From the NCBI GenBank assembly GCA_046290225.1, contig JBKAGE010000040.1:1-64000 (forward strand): a stretch of 64,000 nt of DNA, read 5' to 3'. Each line of letters opens with the position of its first letter. The stretch's first letter is position 1. A program made the translations under genes and the position numbers. Source of the DNA: Bradymonadia bacterium (GTDB taxonomy: Bacteria > Myxococcota_A > Bradymonadia > UBA7976 > UBA1532). Positions 28,301 to 37,608 of the stretch are shown here, piece by piece. The notes under the pieces are model-generated. The model did no database searches and was not told where the DNA came from. It worked only from the letters and a program-made list of their open reading frames with translations.

Positions 28301-29564
28301 CACAGTCGTCATCGATGTTGTCGCAGGTGACGTCGTTCTCGATCGGATCCACAGGCGAGCAGGTATCGGAGATCTCTCCGTCGACACATACAGTGCGGCC
28401 GCCGGCGGCACATGCGCCGACGCCACAGTCCACAGCGCGACCGATGAAGCCCTCGTCGGCGGCGCCGTCGCAGTCGTCATCGATGTTGTCGCAGTCGGTG
28501 TCGGGCCGTGGATCGGCCGGCCGGGCCGAGCACGTCAGCGCCGTCAGATCCGCCGGGTCGCAGGCATAGCGACCTGTGACGGCGCAGGCCCCCACGCCGA
28601 TGTCGCACGGCGTGTCGAGCAGCGCTCGGAAGTCTTCGTCCACGAGGCCATCACAGTCATTGTCCGCCCCGTCGCCACACAGCTCGGGCTCCGGCGTGCG
28701 TTGCTCGGCGTCGCACATCGTGCCCCGGCCGCTCTCGTCGCACACCACCCGGCCCGAGCCGGCGCAGCCGCCGAGCCCTTCGATGCACGCGGTGCCCAGA
28801 TCGGGGTAGTCCTCGTCGGTACGACCGTCGCAGTCGTCGTCGATGCCGTTGCACAGCTCCGGCAAGGGATCCATCGGGGCCCCTTCGCACACCACCTGAC
28901 CGCCCTCATCGCACTGGAACACGCCGCCGACGGCGCAGGCGCCCTCACCAACGGTGCAACGCTCGCCCACCTGTAAACCCTCATCGATCTGCCCATCGCA
29001 GTCGTCGTCGGTGCCGTTGCAGGTCTCATCCACCCCTTCGAGAGGGGGCGCTTCACACCGCAGCGTGTCGCCGCCATCGCCACAGACCACCAGCCCTTGG
29101 GCCCGACAGGCGCCACTGGTGACCTCACAGGCTGCGCCGAGCAGCAAGCCCTCGCCGCTGTCGGTCTGGTAGAGCACCTGAGGGTCTGCCTCGTCGACCT
29201 GCCCGTCACAGTCGTCGTCGAGGGCGTTCCCGCAGCGCTCTATCGGTCCAGGATCCACAGTGGGCCGGCAGATGATGATCTCGTCTTCACAGACCTGCAC
29301 CCCTGACTGTCCGCACACGCCCTCTGCAGGTGATCCGTCGGGCGCCAGCGGATCATCACAGGGATCTCCGGCCCCCTGACATGGGGTGCCCACAGCAGAT
29401 CCGTCGGTGGAGATCACACAGCTCCCGGCGCTGCAGATCTGGCCAGCGCTGCATTCGTCATTCGAACTGCAGCTCGCGGCGTCGCTGTCCTCCTCGGGGG
29501 TGCATCCCCACAGAGGGCCCAAGACGAGTGCAAGCGACATCACGGCGGTGAGATTGAGGTGCAT
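25338..29564 (-). CDS. Large lipoprotein with about 17 MopE-type (putative metal-binding) repeats and a C-terminal beta-rich domain
   Basis: Lipobox LWGC; about 17 x C(D/N)GxDxDCDGxxDE, each followed by CGxGxC; GGGAGG before ATG 29564. Confidence 0.88.
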   Translation of the reverse strand: MHLNLTAVMSLALVLGPLWGCTPEEDSDAASCSSNDECSAGQICSAGSCVISTDGSAVGTPCQGAGDPCDDPLAPDGSPAEGVCGQSGVQVCEDEIIICRPTVDPGPIERCGNALDDDCDGQVDEADPQVLYQTDSGEGLLLGAACEVTSGACRAQGLVVCGDGGDTLRCEAPPLEGVDETCNGTDDDCDGQIDEGLQVGERCTVGEGACAVGGVFQCDEGGQVVCEGAPMDPLPELCNGIDDDCDGRTDEDYPDLGTACIEGLGGCAGSGRVVCDESGRGTMCDAEQRTPEPELCGDGADNDCDGLVDEDFRALLDTPCDIGVGACAVTGRYACDPADLTALTCSARPADPRPDTDCDNIDDDCDGAADEGFIGRAVDCGVGACAAGGRTVCVDGEISDTCSPVDPIENDVTCDNIDDDCDGRVDEDFEITATICGVGMCRAQGVLFCRNGQTVDNCVAGEPLAIDARCDGVDEDCDGAADEDHRPAVTACGTGACAAEGQAVCVGGRLVDGCTPGAPDADTNCDGVDDDCDGLVDEGYVRRAVTCGEGICVARGVTTCVAGVERELCTPGRPAPSDDRCDGLDEDCDGRADEDVAEIEINCGLGVCAATGLRLCDGGQLVERCDPGAPEGPDRLCDGVDADCDGLVDEGYVSRQVACGDGACAATGITVCRAGEVIDTCRADEPAPDDATCDGVDDDCDGRVDEDFVGARTTCGVGVCAAAGAEVCVNGEVRDTCTAGEPVEDDALCDGRDSDCDGQVDERYRPRELRCGVGVCAATGALRCVDGQETEDCTPGAPVGDDESCDGLDDDCDGAIDEAYTAVGTQCGVGQCESVGQRICVNGSRQDSCTPGQPQPDDDCDGVDDDCDGNIDEGFVPEVVQCGVGACAAVGRIVCQDGALVNSCAPGEPSAADRTCDGIDDDCDGAADEDYRAQLVGCGQGACANEGAVVCQNGQEVNTCRDGEPAPNDVTCNGVDDDCDGQVDEDYQGLRTRCGVGQCGRFGVLECRGGQIVDSCTPGDPARADLLCDGVDEDCDGNTDEDAGPQLGERFQLTRNADYDTSPRLAWGDEIHGLAWLALDPNQEGSEVRYMGLDRDGRPVTEEVVISQGFFTVAAPAIVWAEQGFAIAHDALVRGWQVYLHQVDRGGQPVNDQSVIGRVFDSQGADLGWHGQVGAVWSQSDPEVGSHLFYGNTDFGGEFEGAQQVTDSFGRSTGPKMAFNEQAYGVAWQDSRRQTLEVFFTLLDPSGERLIDDIALTDSFFPSSVIDIFWTGEAFAIVWADANREAGAYLVYLTLVDTRGERLNEDVLLTRSSFSWGLEQISAAWALDQSMLVLASAEDFGGGRYAPTVQGFARDGSPLTAPIAAGAAAGDIRHTAVSWDGERFVLVWTSSPPDPSTLFSVSGTLGCF

Positions 29565-29846
29565 CAACTTCCTCCCCAGAAGGTTGTTCACCTGTTCAGG
29601 CGACAGTGAGGGGGAAACCTATACAGAAAACATCGAGTGAATATTTTCGGAGTTGGGCCAAAGCCCCAGTACATCAGGGCCGACGCATGATCAGGCACAG
29701 GGCCACTGGCCGGGGTTCAGCGCGCCCGTCACGGCTGCCGCCAGGGTTGCTCGAGGGGCTCTGGCCATGATACTCAGCGACGCCCGACTTTCCGCCTGTT
29801 CGGAGCCCCCAGTGATGCGAGCTGGGGGGTGTTTTGGAGAAGCCAG

Positions 29847-31733
29847 ATGTCCGACACTCAGGGCCCCGAGGCCCAAGAGCCCTCACGCGCCCCAGTCTTT
29901 GTGCACCCCACCGTCTCTCTCGCCGACTTGATCGAGCGCATCGACTGGCCCGTGAAGCCCGGACAGATCCTGGCGGGCAAGATCACCGCCATCGCTGATG
30001 GTCTGGCCACGGTCACCCTCGCCGATCACGGCGAGTACACAGGCAGCGTCCCTGCAGGTGACCTCTCTGTCGACGATGCAGTCCAGGTCTACGTCGAAGA
30101 CGTCGATGGCACCGCCCTGGAGCTGTCTCTCGGCAAGGCCGAGCGGTTGAGCCTGTGGGAGCGCTTGCATGACGCCCGTAAGAGCGGCCGCACCGTTCAG
30201 GCCACTGGCCTCGCCGTGATCCGCGGCGGTCTCTCTGTCGACGTGGGTCTCAAGGCCACGCTGCCGAGCAGCCAGGCCGCCCGCGCCCCCGGGCAGCGCC
30301 TCGAAGATCTCATCGGTGAGACCTTCGAGGTGAAGATCACCCGCATGGACGAGCGCAAGGGTGTGGTCCAGGTCTCTCGCAAGGCCCTCTCTGCGCCGGC
30401 GCCCCGCGCCGAGCGTGATGAGGCGGATGCTCCAGAGGGCACCGAGCCCACTGCCGACCTCACTGCAGACCTCACCGCCCCCGAAGAGGGCACCACCATC
30501 GAGGGCACCGTGGCCCGCCTGGCCAAGTTCGGCGCCTTCGTGGAGCTCGGCGGCTACGAAGGGCTGCTCCACGTCAACGACATGAGCTGGGGCCGCGTGA
30601 ACCGCCCTGAAGATGTGGTGCAGGTGGGCGACGCGCTGTCGCTCAAGGTGGTCTCGGTCAAAGACTTCGACCAGCCCAAGAAGCGCCGCATCAAGCTGAG
30701 CCTCAAAGAGAACCAGGCAGATCCCTGGACCGAGGTCGACGCAGAGCAGTACCCCGCAGATGCACGCCTCACGGGCACCGTGGTGGGCCTCACCGACTTC
30801 GGCGCCTTCGTGGAGATCGCCCCGGGGCTCGAGGGCATGGTGCACATCAGCGAGATGTCGTGGACCGATCATGTGAAGCACCCCCGAGAGCGCGTCACCG
30901 TGGGCGAGCAGCTCGAGGTGAAGGTGCTGCAGTGCGATCCGGCTCGTCGGCGCCTCAGCCTCAGCCTCAAGCTCACCGAGAACAACCCCTGGCACGGCCT
31001 CGCCGAGCGCTACCCCGTGGGCACGCGCATCAAGGGCGAGGTGGCCCGCATCACCCGCTTTGGACTCTTCGTTGCCATCGAAGAGGGCATCGACGGCCTC
31101 GTGCACACCCGCGACCTGTCGTGGGTCCCGGGCTCGGTGAACCCCAAGACCGCTTACAGCCCCGGCACCGCCATCGAAGCCCTGGTGCTCAACGTCGACG
31201 AAGAGGCCGGCAAGGTGGCCTTGGGCATCAAGCAACTCACCCCGGACAACTCCGCCGAGATCTATGGCCAGTTCGCCGAAGGCCAGCGCGTAGAGGGTGA
31301 GATCACCAACATCCGCGAGTTCGGGGTCTTCGTGGCCCTGGCGCCGGGCATCGAGGGGCTGCTGCACCGCTCCGAGATGGGTGATGGTGTCGTCAAGCGC
31401 CCCCGTGACCACTTCAAGAAGGGGCAAAAGATCACCGTGAAGGTGCTGTCGGTCGATGTGGTCGCAGGCAAGGTCGGCCTCACGCTCAAGGGCGAAGAGG
31501 GGGCGATTCAGGCCGCCACACCTGCTGAAGCGCCTGCGGACGCCGATGCACCTGCTGAACCCACGGTCGAAGCCCCAGCGGCCGCCGAGGCGTCGGCAGC
31601 GCCTGAAAATGCCGTAGAGGCATCACCTGAGCCCGCTGTAGAAGCGCCCGCCGATGCGCCAGCCGATGCCTCGTCAGAGGCCCCTGCTGAAGCCTCGGCA
31701 GAGCCCTCTGACGAAGACAAGCCCACCGACTGA
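29847..31733 (+). CDS. Ribosomal protein S1-like multi-S1-domain RNA-binding protein (divergent, probable paralogue)
   Basis: Repeated FGAFVEL...EGLLH(V/I)xDMSW, SLSLK, DPW/NPW motifs; six S1-like domains; acidic Ala/Pro tail. Confidence 0.88.
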   Translation: MSDTQGPEAQEPSRAPVFVHPTVSLADLIERIDWPVKPGQILAGKITAIADGLATVTLADHGEYTGSVPAGDLSVDDAVQVYVEDVDGTALELSLGKAERLSLWERLHDARKSGRTVQATGLAVIRGGLSVDVGLKATLPSSQAARAPGQRLEDLIGETFEVKITRMDERKGVVQVSRKALSAPAPRAERDEADAPEGTEPTADLTADLTAPEEGTTIEGTVARLAKFGAFVELGGYEGLLHVNDMSWGRVNRPEDVVQVGDALSLKVVSVKDFDQPKKRRIKLSLKENQADPWTEVDAEQYPADARLTGTVVGLTDFGAFVEIAPGLEGMVHISEMSWTDHVKHPRERVTVGEQLEVKVLQCDPARRRLSLSLKLTENNPWHGLAERYPVGTRIKGEVARITRFGLFVAIEEGIDGLVHTRDLSWVPGSVNPKTAYSPGTAIEALVLNVDEEAGKVALGIKQLTPDNSAEIYGQFAEGQRVEGEITNIREFGVFVALAPGIEGLLHRSEMGDGVVKRPRDHFKKGQKITVKVLSVDVVAGKVGLTLKGEEGAIQAATPAEAPADADAPAEPTVEAPAAAEASAAPENAVEASPEPAVEAPADAPADASSEAPAEASAEPSDEDKPTD

Positions 31734-31915
31734 CGCCCCTCCAAAGCATCCCTTCTCTCCATATTCTCCACATGCTTTAATCGAGTGGCGTCGCAACAGC
31801 CCTGGACTCCGGATTATGCTGCCGGTATGACCAGCGCCCTGAGCGCACCTCGGCCAGCGATCTCTCCAGAGCGTCTGCCGTGTGCGCGCGATGCGCTCGA
31901 TGAATTGGAGAGCCC

Positions 31916-33859
31916 ATGTCGCTTCGCCACGTAGTGTGCCCTGCCCTGCTCGCCCTCACCGTCGCCAGCGGGTGCAATGAGGACACCAGCCGCTCCGTCG
32001 ACCCCACCGCCGACGCTGATCTCGCCGATCAGGGCACTGATCCCCTCATCCAGTCCGATGCGGGCGCCTCCGACGCCGAGGTGATGCCCGACATGATGCC
32101 GATGCCCGACGCCGAGCTCACCCCGGACATGATGCCGATGCCCGACATGATGCCGATGCCCGACGCCGAGATCGTCCCGGACGCCGAGATCGTCCCGGAC
32201 GCCGAGGTGCCTGACGCCGACCTGCCCGATGTTGGCCCACCGCCAGGTGACATCGAAGATCTGCAGGTGGAGATCCTCGATCGACGGGCGCCCCAGATCT
32301 CCTTGCAGTTCACTTTGCCCATCGAGGCCACGCGCTTCGAGGTGCGTCGGGCCGACTCGGCCATCGAAGACGAAGAAGCTTGGGACGCGGGCGAGGTGGT
32401 GCTGCAGTTCGTGGAAGACTCCGAGCCCGGTGAGCAGGTGGTGCGTTTGCTCCGCCGACTGCCCCTCGATCAGATCAGCCACATCGCCCTGCGCAAGTTC
32501 GACGAAGCCGACACCCCCGGGGCCATCGCCGGCGCCGAGATCGATCTGCGACTGCAAAGCCTCTCGGTGGACATCGCCCCTTCAGGAGATGGTCCGTGGC
32601 TGGGCACCCCCACCTTCGGCAACTCCACGTCGCTCATCTCTGCCGTCGGTGACGCCGATGGCGATCTGCTCGCCGATGCGCTGATCACAGCCGTGCAGTA
32701 CGACGGCTTCGTGGTGCACGACCGGCAGACCGCCGTTCTCACCGGTGGAGCCGACGATCCTACGCTCGTGCCCCTCGACGTGCCTCTCATCGACGACGTC
32801 CCCGTCGATCAGCTGGGCATCGGTGGTGAAGGGGTGGGTGATCTCAACGGCGACGGCCTCGGTGACTTCGCCGTCGTCGGGGTCCTGCCCGACTTCTCCG
32901 GTGGTCTGGTGGCGGTGTACTTCGGCAGCGACGACACCACAGCGCTCGCCGAAGCCGATGTGCTCATCCCCACCCCGGGCCGCTTCGTGACCCGGGTCGC
33001 TGGCGCTGGGAACTTCATCGAGCGCGCCGATGACGCCATGCTCGAAGCCGCATACGACGACTTGCTCCTCGGCGGTGCTGCGGCCCCTGACGGCTCGGAC
33101 TATGTGTACGCCATCGCCGGCCGCCCTGACGGTGCCTGGCCCGCCACCATCGACGTCACCACCCCCGACGCCGACGAAGGCATCCATCGCCTCACCGTAC
33201 CCGACGCAGTGAACGCTGGTGCCGCCTTGAGCACCGCCGGTGATCTCGACGGTGATGGCCTCGCCGAGGTGGCGTTCAGCACCAGCACCGAGCTGAGCTT
33301 CGGCTCCGTCTATGTGTTCTTCGGCGGCGACGATCTGCCCGGCGACTACACCTACGACCCGCAAGATCCGGCCACCACGGTGCTCACCCACCCTTGCCCG
33401 GGCAACCAGCCGCTCTTCGGCAGCTTCATCGACGGAGGCGTGGATCTCACAGGCGATCCCCAGAGCCTCGGTGACCTCGTGGTGGGCGATCGCCGCTCAC
33501 AGCGGCTCGTACCCTTCGACGAAGACTTGACCTCGGTGGACTGCTTCGGCAACAGCGCGGCGCTCTTTGGGGTGTTCTTCGATCTGGGCGATCTCAATGG
33601 CGATGGCGCCGCAGATCTGATCACCACCCACATCGATCCGGCACGGACCGAGGCGTGGATCTTCCTCAACGACGGTGCCGGGCACTTTGGTCAGGGCGAA
33701 GCCCAGAGCCCTCGCCTCGCGGACGTCATCCTCGACGTGCCGGCCCTGCGCAAGCTGGGCGTGGCCGCCCTCGGCGACTTCGACGGGGTCGAAGGCGACG
33801 ACTTCGCGCTGGTGGTGTTGCAGCCCGACGGCGCCCTCGAGGTGGTGATCCTGCGCTGA
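31916..33859 (+). CDS. FG-GAP/integrin-alpha repeat lipoprotein
   Basis: Lipobox ASGC; PDM/PDA linker; repeated GDLNGDGLGD, GDLDGDGLAE, GDFDG motifs. Confidence 0.85.
   Translation: MSLRHVVCPALLALTVASGCNEDTSRSVDPTADADLADQGTDPLIQSDAGASDAEVMPDMMPMPDAELTPDMMPMPDMMPMPDAEIVPDAEIVPDAEVPDADLPDVGPPPGDIEDLQVEILDRRAPQISLQFTLPIEATRFEVRRADSAIEDEEAWDAGEVVLQFVEDSEPGEQVVRLLRRLPLDQISHIALRKFDEADTPGAIAGAEIDLRLQSLSVDIAPSGDGPWLGTPTFGNSTSLISAVGDADGDLLADALITAVQYDGFVVHDRQTAVLTGGADDPTLVPLDVPLIDDVPVDQLGIGGEGVGDLNGDGLGDFAVVGVLPDFSGGLVAVYFGSDDTTALAEADVLIPTPGRFVTRVAGAGNFIERADDAMLEAAYDDLLLGGAAAPDGSDYVYAIAGRPDGAWPATIDVTTPDADEGIHRLTVPDAVNAGAALSTAGDLDGDGLAEVAFSTSTELSFGSVYVFFGGDDLPGDYTYDPQDPATTVLTHPCPGNQPLFGSFIDGGVDLTGDPQSLGDLVVGDRRSQRLVPFDEDLTSVDCFGNSAALFGVFFDLGDLNGDGAADLITTHIDPARTEAWIFLNDGAGHFGQGEAQSPRLADVILDVPALRKLGVAALGDFDGVEGDDFALVVLQPDGALEVVILR
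32070..32225 (+). repeat. Coding 18-bp-period repeats (PDMMPM / PDAEIV)
   Basis: Direct repeats cccgacatgatgccgatg and gacgccgagatcgtcccg. Confidence 0.8.
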
Positions 33860-33863
33860 GCCC

Positions 33864-35057
33864 TCAGCTCGGCCGTGGGAGCCACAGCGTGACCTCTGCC
33901 CCACCTTCCGGACGATCTCCGAACTCCAGGGTGCCCCCATGGGCAGTGATGATGCCCTGCGTCACCGAGAGCCCCAATCCTGTGCCCTCACCTTCGGGCT
34001 TCGTCGTGAAGAACGGATCACAGAGGCGATCCTTGATCTCTGCAGGGATCCCCGGGCCCTCGTCTCTGATCGCCACCCCGAGGCGCTCGACATCTTCTAC
34101 GCGGGCGATCTCCATCACTGAGTCTTCTGGCGCTGCATAGCTGCCATTGAGCAGCACATTGACCACAGCCTGCATCAACTGGGACTTGTCGGCGTGCACG
34201 CACATCGTGCCGGCGGTGATCTCACAGCTGACGCGCTGGCGCTTCTTGTGCAATGCCGGGTTCACCAACCGCAGACACGCCGCAATGACCTCGCCCACGT
34301 CGACAAGGGTGGGCATCGCCGTACGCTGGCGGGCATAGTCGAGCAATCCCTGCACCGTCTGTTTGATGCGGTAGAGGCCGTCCTCGATGGTGTCGAGGTA
34401 TTCGTCCTGCCGATCGTCGGGTACGTGGCCTTTGCGTAACGCCTTGAAACAACTCATCACCCCGCTCAGGGGGTTGTTGATCTCGTGGGCGACACCGGCG
34501 CTGAGCTGTCCGATCGACGACAACTTCTCTGCCTGCAGCAGCTTGCTCTGCTCTTCGAGGATCCGTGCGTTGGCCGCCTTGAGCTGGTCGTGAGCCATCT
34601 TGAGCGAGTCCCGCTCCTGGGCCAGCGATACCCGCAGCTCGTCCGCCGCCCGGGTCGATCTCACCTGTCGGCAGGCCCGCTCCACAGAGGCGATCAGCTC
34701 TTCGGGCTGGAAGGGCTTGAGCACATAGGCGTATGCGCCCGCTTCGACCGCATCGATGGCGCTGTCGAGGGAGCCGTGGCCGGTGATCAACATCACCTCC
34801 GAGCCCGGACTGGAGGCCCTCAGAGTGGGCAACAGCTGCACCCCCATCGTGTCGGGCAGCTGTACGTCGAGCAGGGCGACGTCGAAGCCCTCTGCGCCGA
34901 GCTTCAGGCCCTCGGCGCCGGTGCGGGCGCAGCATACCTCGGCACCCTCCTCTTCGAGGATCTCCGTGAGATCTTCGGTGAGATCTTCCTGATCGTCGAC
35001 GATCAGGATGCGGGCCCCTCTCAGATGACTCGACTCGTGCATCACATCGTGCGTCAC
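33864..35057 (-). CDS. Hybrid receiver-histidine kinase
   Basis: REC (ILIVDD, LLDVQLPD, KPF), then GVAHEINNPL, DEGPGI, FFTTKPEGEGTGLGL; start 35057 or 35042. Confidence 0.92.
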   Translation of the reverse strand: MTHDVMHESSHLRGARILIVDDQEDLTEDLTEILEEEGAEVCCARTGAEGLKLGAEGFDVALLDVQLPDTMGVQLLPTLRASSPGSEVMLITGHGSLDSAIDAVEAGAYAYVLKPFQPEELIASVERACRQVRSTRAADELRVSLAQERDSLKMAHDQLKAANARILEEQSKLLQAEKLSSIGQLSAGVAHEINNPLSGVMSCFKALRKGHVPDDRQDEYLDTIEDGLYRIKQTVQGLLDYARQRTAMPTLVDVGEVIAACLRLVNPALHKKRQRVSCEITAGTMCVHADKSQLMQAVVNVLLNGSYAAPEDSVMEIARVEDVERLGVAIRDEGPGIPAEIKDRLCDPFFTTKPEGEGTGLGLSVTQGIITAHGGTLEFGDRPEGGAEVTLWLPRPS

Positions 35058-35059
35058 GC

Positions 35060-35461
35060 TCAGCTGTCTCCCAGTTTGCCCACCAGCGCACACAGACGAT
35101 CGAGATCGAGCGGCTTTTGAAGCACGGCGATGACGCCGAGAGCGCGCGCCTCAGTGAGCTGCTGGTCTTGTGAATAAGCGGTGATGAGCACCACAGGCAC
35201 TTTGGGGTGTTGGGTGCGGATCTGTTTGATCAGGTGCACCCCGCTCATGCCGGGCATGCGCATGTCGGTGACCACCATCTGCGGCTCGAACTGCTCGAGC
35301 AGCGCCAGAGCCTCCTGGCCATTGGCGGCGAGGCACGCCAGGACCCCCTCGTCTTCGAGGACCTCTTTGAGGTTCTCGGCCAGATCGAGGTTGTCGTCGA
35401 CGATGAGGACCGCAGGGCCCTCGAGATCAGCTCGGCGCATGGTCGGGCTCATGCTCATCAT
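35060..35461 (-). CDS. Single-domain response regulator
   Basis: LIVDDN, VTDMRMPG, ITAY, QKPLD; ATGA overlap with upstream kinase. Confidence 0.9.
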   Translation of the reverse strand: MMSMSPTMRRADLEGPAVLIVDDNLDLAENLKEVLEDEGVLACLAANGQEALALLEQFEPQMVVTDMRMPGMSGVHLIKQIRTQHPKVPVVLITAYSQDQQLTEARALGVIAVLQKPLDLDRLCALVGKLGDS

Positions 35462-36630
35462 GCCCCCTCTACAGGCTGGTGAGGCAGCCACAGCGACACC
35501 TTGGCGCCGCCTTCGGGGGCATTCTCGGCGGTGGCCTTGCCGTGGTGGCGCTCGCACACGCGCTGGACCAGGGCCAGCCCCAGTCCAACCCCGGCGCTCC
35601 GCGTGGTGACCAGCGGCTCGAAGACCCGCCTCAGGGTCATCTTCGGGAACCCGGGGCCGTTGTCCGCCACCCAGATGTGCACCTGACCATCGACGATCTC
35701 GGCGCCCACCCGAATCTGGGGGCTCTCCTCTCGGGGGTGCTCGGGATGGGTCAAGATGGCCACAGCGTTGTCGATGAGGTTCACCAGGGCCCGTACGACG
35801 AGGCGGCCCTCCACCCAGGCCGTGAGCGCCCCATCGATGTCGACTTGCACCTGCACCTGCTCCGGGATCCGCGTGCCCTCGATGGCGTCGTCGACGAGCG
35901 GGCGCACGGCGGTGTGAGCGAACTTCGGACGTCGATCACGGGCCATCTCGAGCAGGTCGGAGATGATGTTGCTCGAGAGCTTCACCTGCGCAGCGATCTT
36001 GTCGAGGTGACGATCCGCCTTGGGTGTGTCCTTGACCCGCCTGCGCAACAGGTACAGCGAGGTCTCGATCACCCCGAGGGGGTTGCGCAATTCGTGGGCG
36101 ATGCTGGCCGCGAGTTGGCCGATGGCCACGAGGCGCGTCTGGCGGCTCAGGCGTTGATCAGAGTCTTCCCGATACGTGTGCAGCATGATGGCCAGCTCGA
36201 GATCGAACAGGCGATCGACGGCGTCGCCTGCTGCGCGACGTGTGGGGAAGTCGTCTGGGTAGATCTCCTGGATCAGGTGACGCACGTCACGGCGCATGAC
36301 GTTCACCGCGGTGAACATGTAGACCTGCGGCAGGCCAATGTGCACGTGTACGCGGCCAATGCGTGCCCGACGTTCGTAAAACGCCTCGTCATGAGGGCCT
36401 TCGAGGCCGCTGCGCAACCATGCGCGCAGCGTGCCTTTGAGACGCTCGATTTGTGCGTGGCCACCAGAGATCACCTTCAAGGCGTCGGGGTGCGCCTCGA
36501 TGCAGGCATAGAAGTGATCGACGACGGCGGGAATGTGGGGTTCGATGTGGACGAGCAGATCGCTCAACACCTTGCTGTCGGTGTCAGAGAAGCCGATGTA
36601 GTGCTTGGCTTCGTCGAAGAGTGCGCCCAA
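35458..36630 (-). CDS. Globin-coupled histidine kinase (AfGcHK-like O2 sensor)
   Basis: Protoglobin-type domain HFY...RIGRVHVHIGLPQVYM...LELAIMLHTYRED, then AHELRNPLGVIETSLY, DNGPG, GVGLGL. Confidence 0.92.
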   Translation of the reverse strand: MGALFDEAKHYIGFSDTDSKVLSDLLVHIEPHIPAVVDHFYACIEAHPDALKVISGGHAQIERLKGTLRAWLRSGLEGPHDEAFYERRARIGRVHVHIGLPQVYMFTAVNVMRRDVRHLIQEIYPDDFPTRRAAGDAVDRLFDLELAIMLHTYREDSDQRLSRQTRLVAIGQLAASIAHELRNPLGVIETSLYLLRRRVKDTPKADRHLDKIAAQVKLSSNIISDLLEMARDRRPKFAHTAVRPLVDDAIEGTRIPEQVQVQVDIDGALTAWVEGRLVVRALVNLIDNAVAILTHPEHPREESPQIRVGAEIVDGQVHIWVADNGPGFPKMTLRRVFEPLVTTRSAGVGLGLALVQRVCERHHGKATAENAPEGGAKVSLWLPHQPVEGA

Positions 36631-36796
36631 GTCAGGTGCTCCAACCCACTGGTCTTGCTGGGTTTATTTCGCATGGGCGACCAACAACAATCAAGAAGTT
36701 TTGTGATCATGCCCTTAGCTCATTTCGGGTCATCCGGATGTATCCCAGGGCGTATTTTCGGTGGGTTGGAGCGCTTCTTTTCGGGTACGAGGCTGT

Positions 36797-37468
36797 CTAA
36801 TCTTCCCGACGCCCGAAACAGTAGCCGAGCTCCTGGAAGGTGGAGAGCTCCTCTTCGATGCCATCCATCAGCTCTTTGAGGCCTCCAGAAGGCAGCTCCA
36901 CGTTGATGGCGCCGCCCGTGTCCTGCTCCACCTGGGTGATGCCGGGGTGCTCACCCTCGAGGCGCTCGAGGATGGACCGCTGAGCCTTGGTGGTGGCCAC
37001 CAGCTTACGGCTCTGCTCGGTGAGCTTCTTGAACTGCAGCGCGAGCTCGACGTTCTGGGCGAGATCCATCGGGTTGATGGGCTTCGACAGGAACCTGAAG
37101 ATGCGCCCCTCGTTGATGGCCTGGACCGCAGCTTCAAGGGAAGCCTGACCTGTGAGCATCATGCGCACGGTGTCGGGATAGCGGGTGTTGATCTCGCTGA
37201 GCAGCGTGGCCCCGTTCATCCCTGGCATACGCTCATCGGACACCACGACGTCCACGCTGTGCTCGGTGAGCACCTTCAAGGCCTCGTCACCGGAATTGGC
37301 GGTGAGCACCTTGTAGGGCTGCCGCCTCAGGTTGAGCTTGATGGAGTCGAGGATGGCGTGCTCGTCGTCGACGAAGAGCACAATGGGCTTCGGTGCCTTC
37401 GGGGACTTTTGCCGAGCGCCTTGCCGGGCATCTTGCTGAGCAGTCTCGTTCACGGTGTGCCTCGCCAT
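36797..37468 (-). CDS. Response regulator receiver protein with coiled-coil tail
   Basis: LFVDDE, VVSDERMPG, MLTGQA, AINEGRIFRFLSKP. Confidence 0.9.
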   Translation of the reverse strand: MARHTVNETAQQDARQGARQKSPKAPKPIVLFVDDEHAILDSIKLNLRRQPYKVLTANSGDEALKVLTEHSVDVVVSDERMPGMNGATLLSEINTRYPDTVRMMLTGQASLEAAVQAINEGRIFRFLSKPINPMDLAQNVELALQFKKLTEQSRKLVATTKAQRSILERLEGEHPGITQVEQDTGGAINVELPSGGLKELMDGIEEELSTFQELGYCFGRRED

Positions 37469-37608
37469 GGGTCATTCTTCTGATCACACCTGCTGGTGAT
37501 CTTCAGACCTATCATCGGCACTGCATACGCAAGAGATGACCTGGAGGCCGGAAATACCCATGACTTGATCATGGTACTGCGAATTGAGGGGGGCCGACTC
37601 GGGATGAG

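Noticed and set aside
32070..32225. Met-rich PDMMPM repeats as a copper-binding site
   Set aside because: Looks like an ordinary low-complexity lipoprotein linker; no other support
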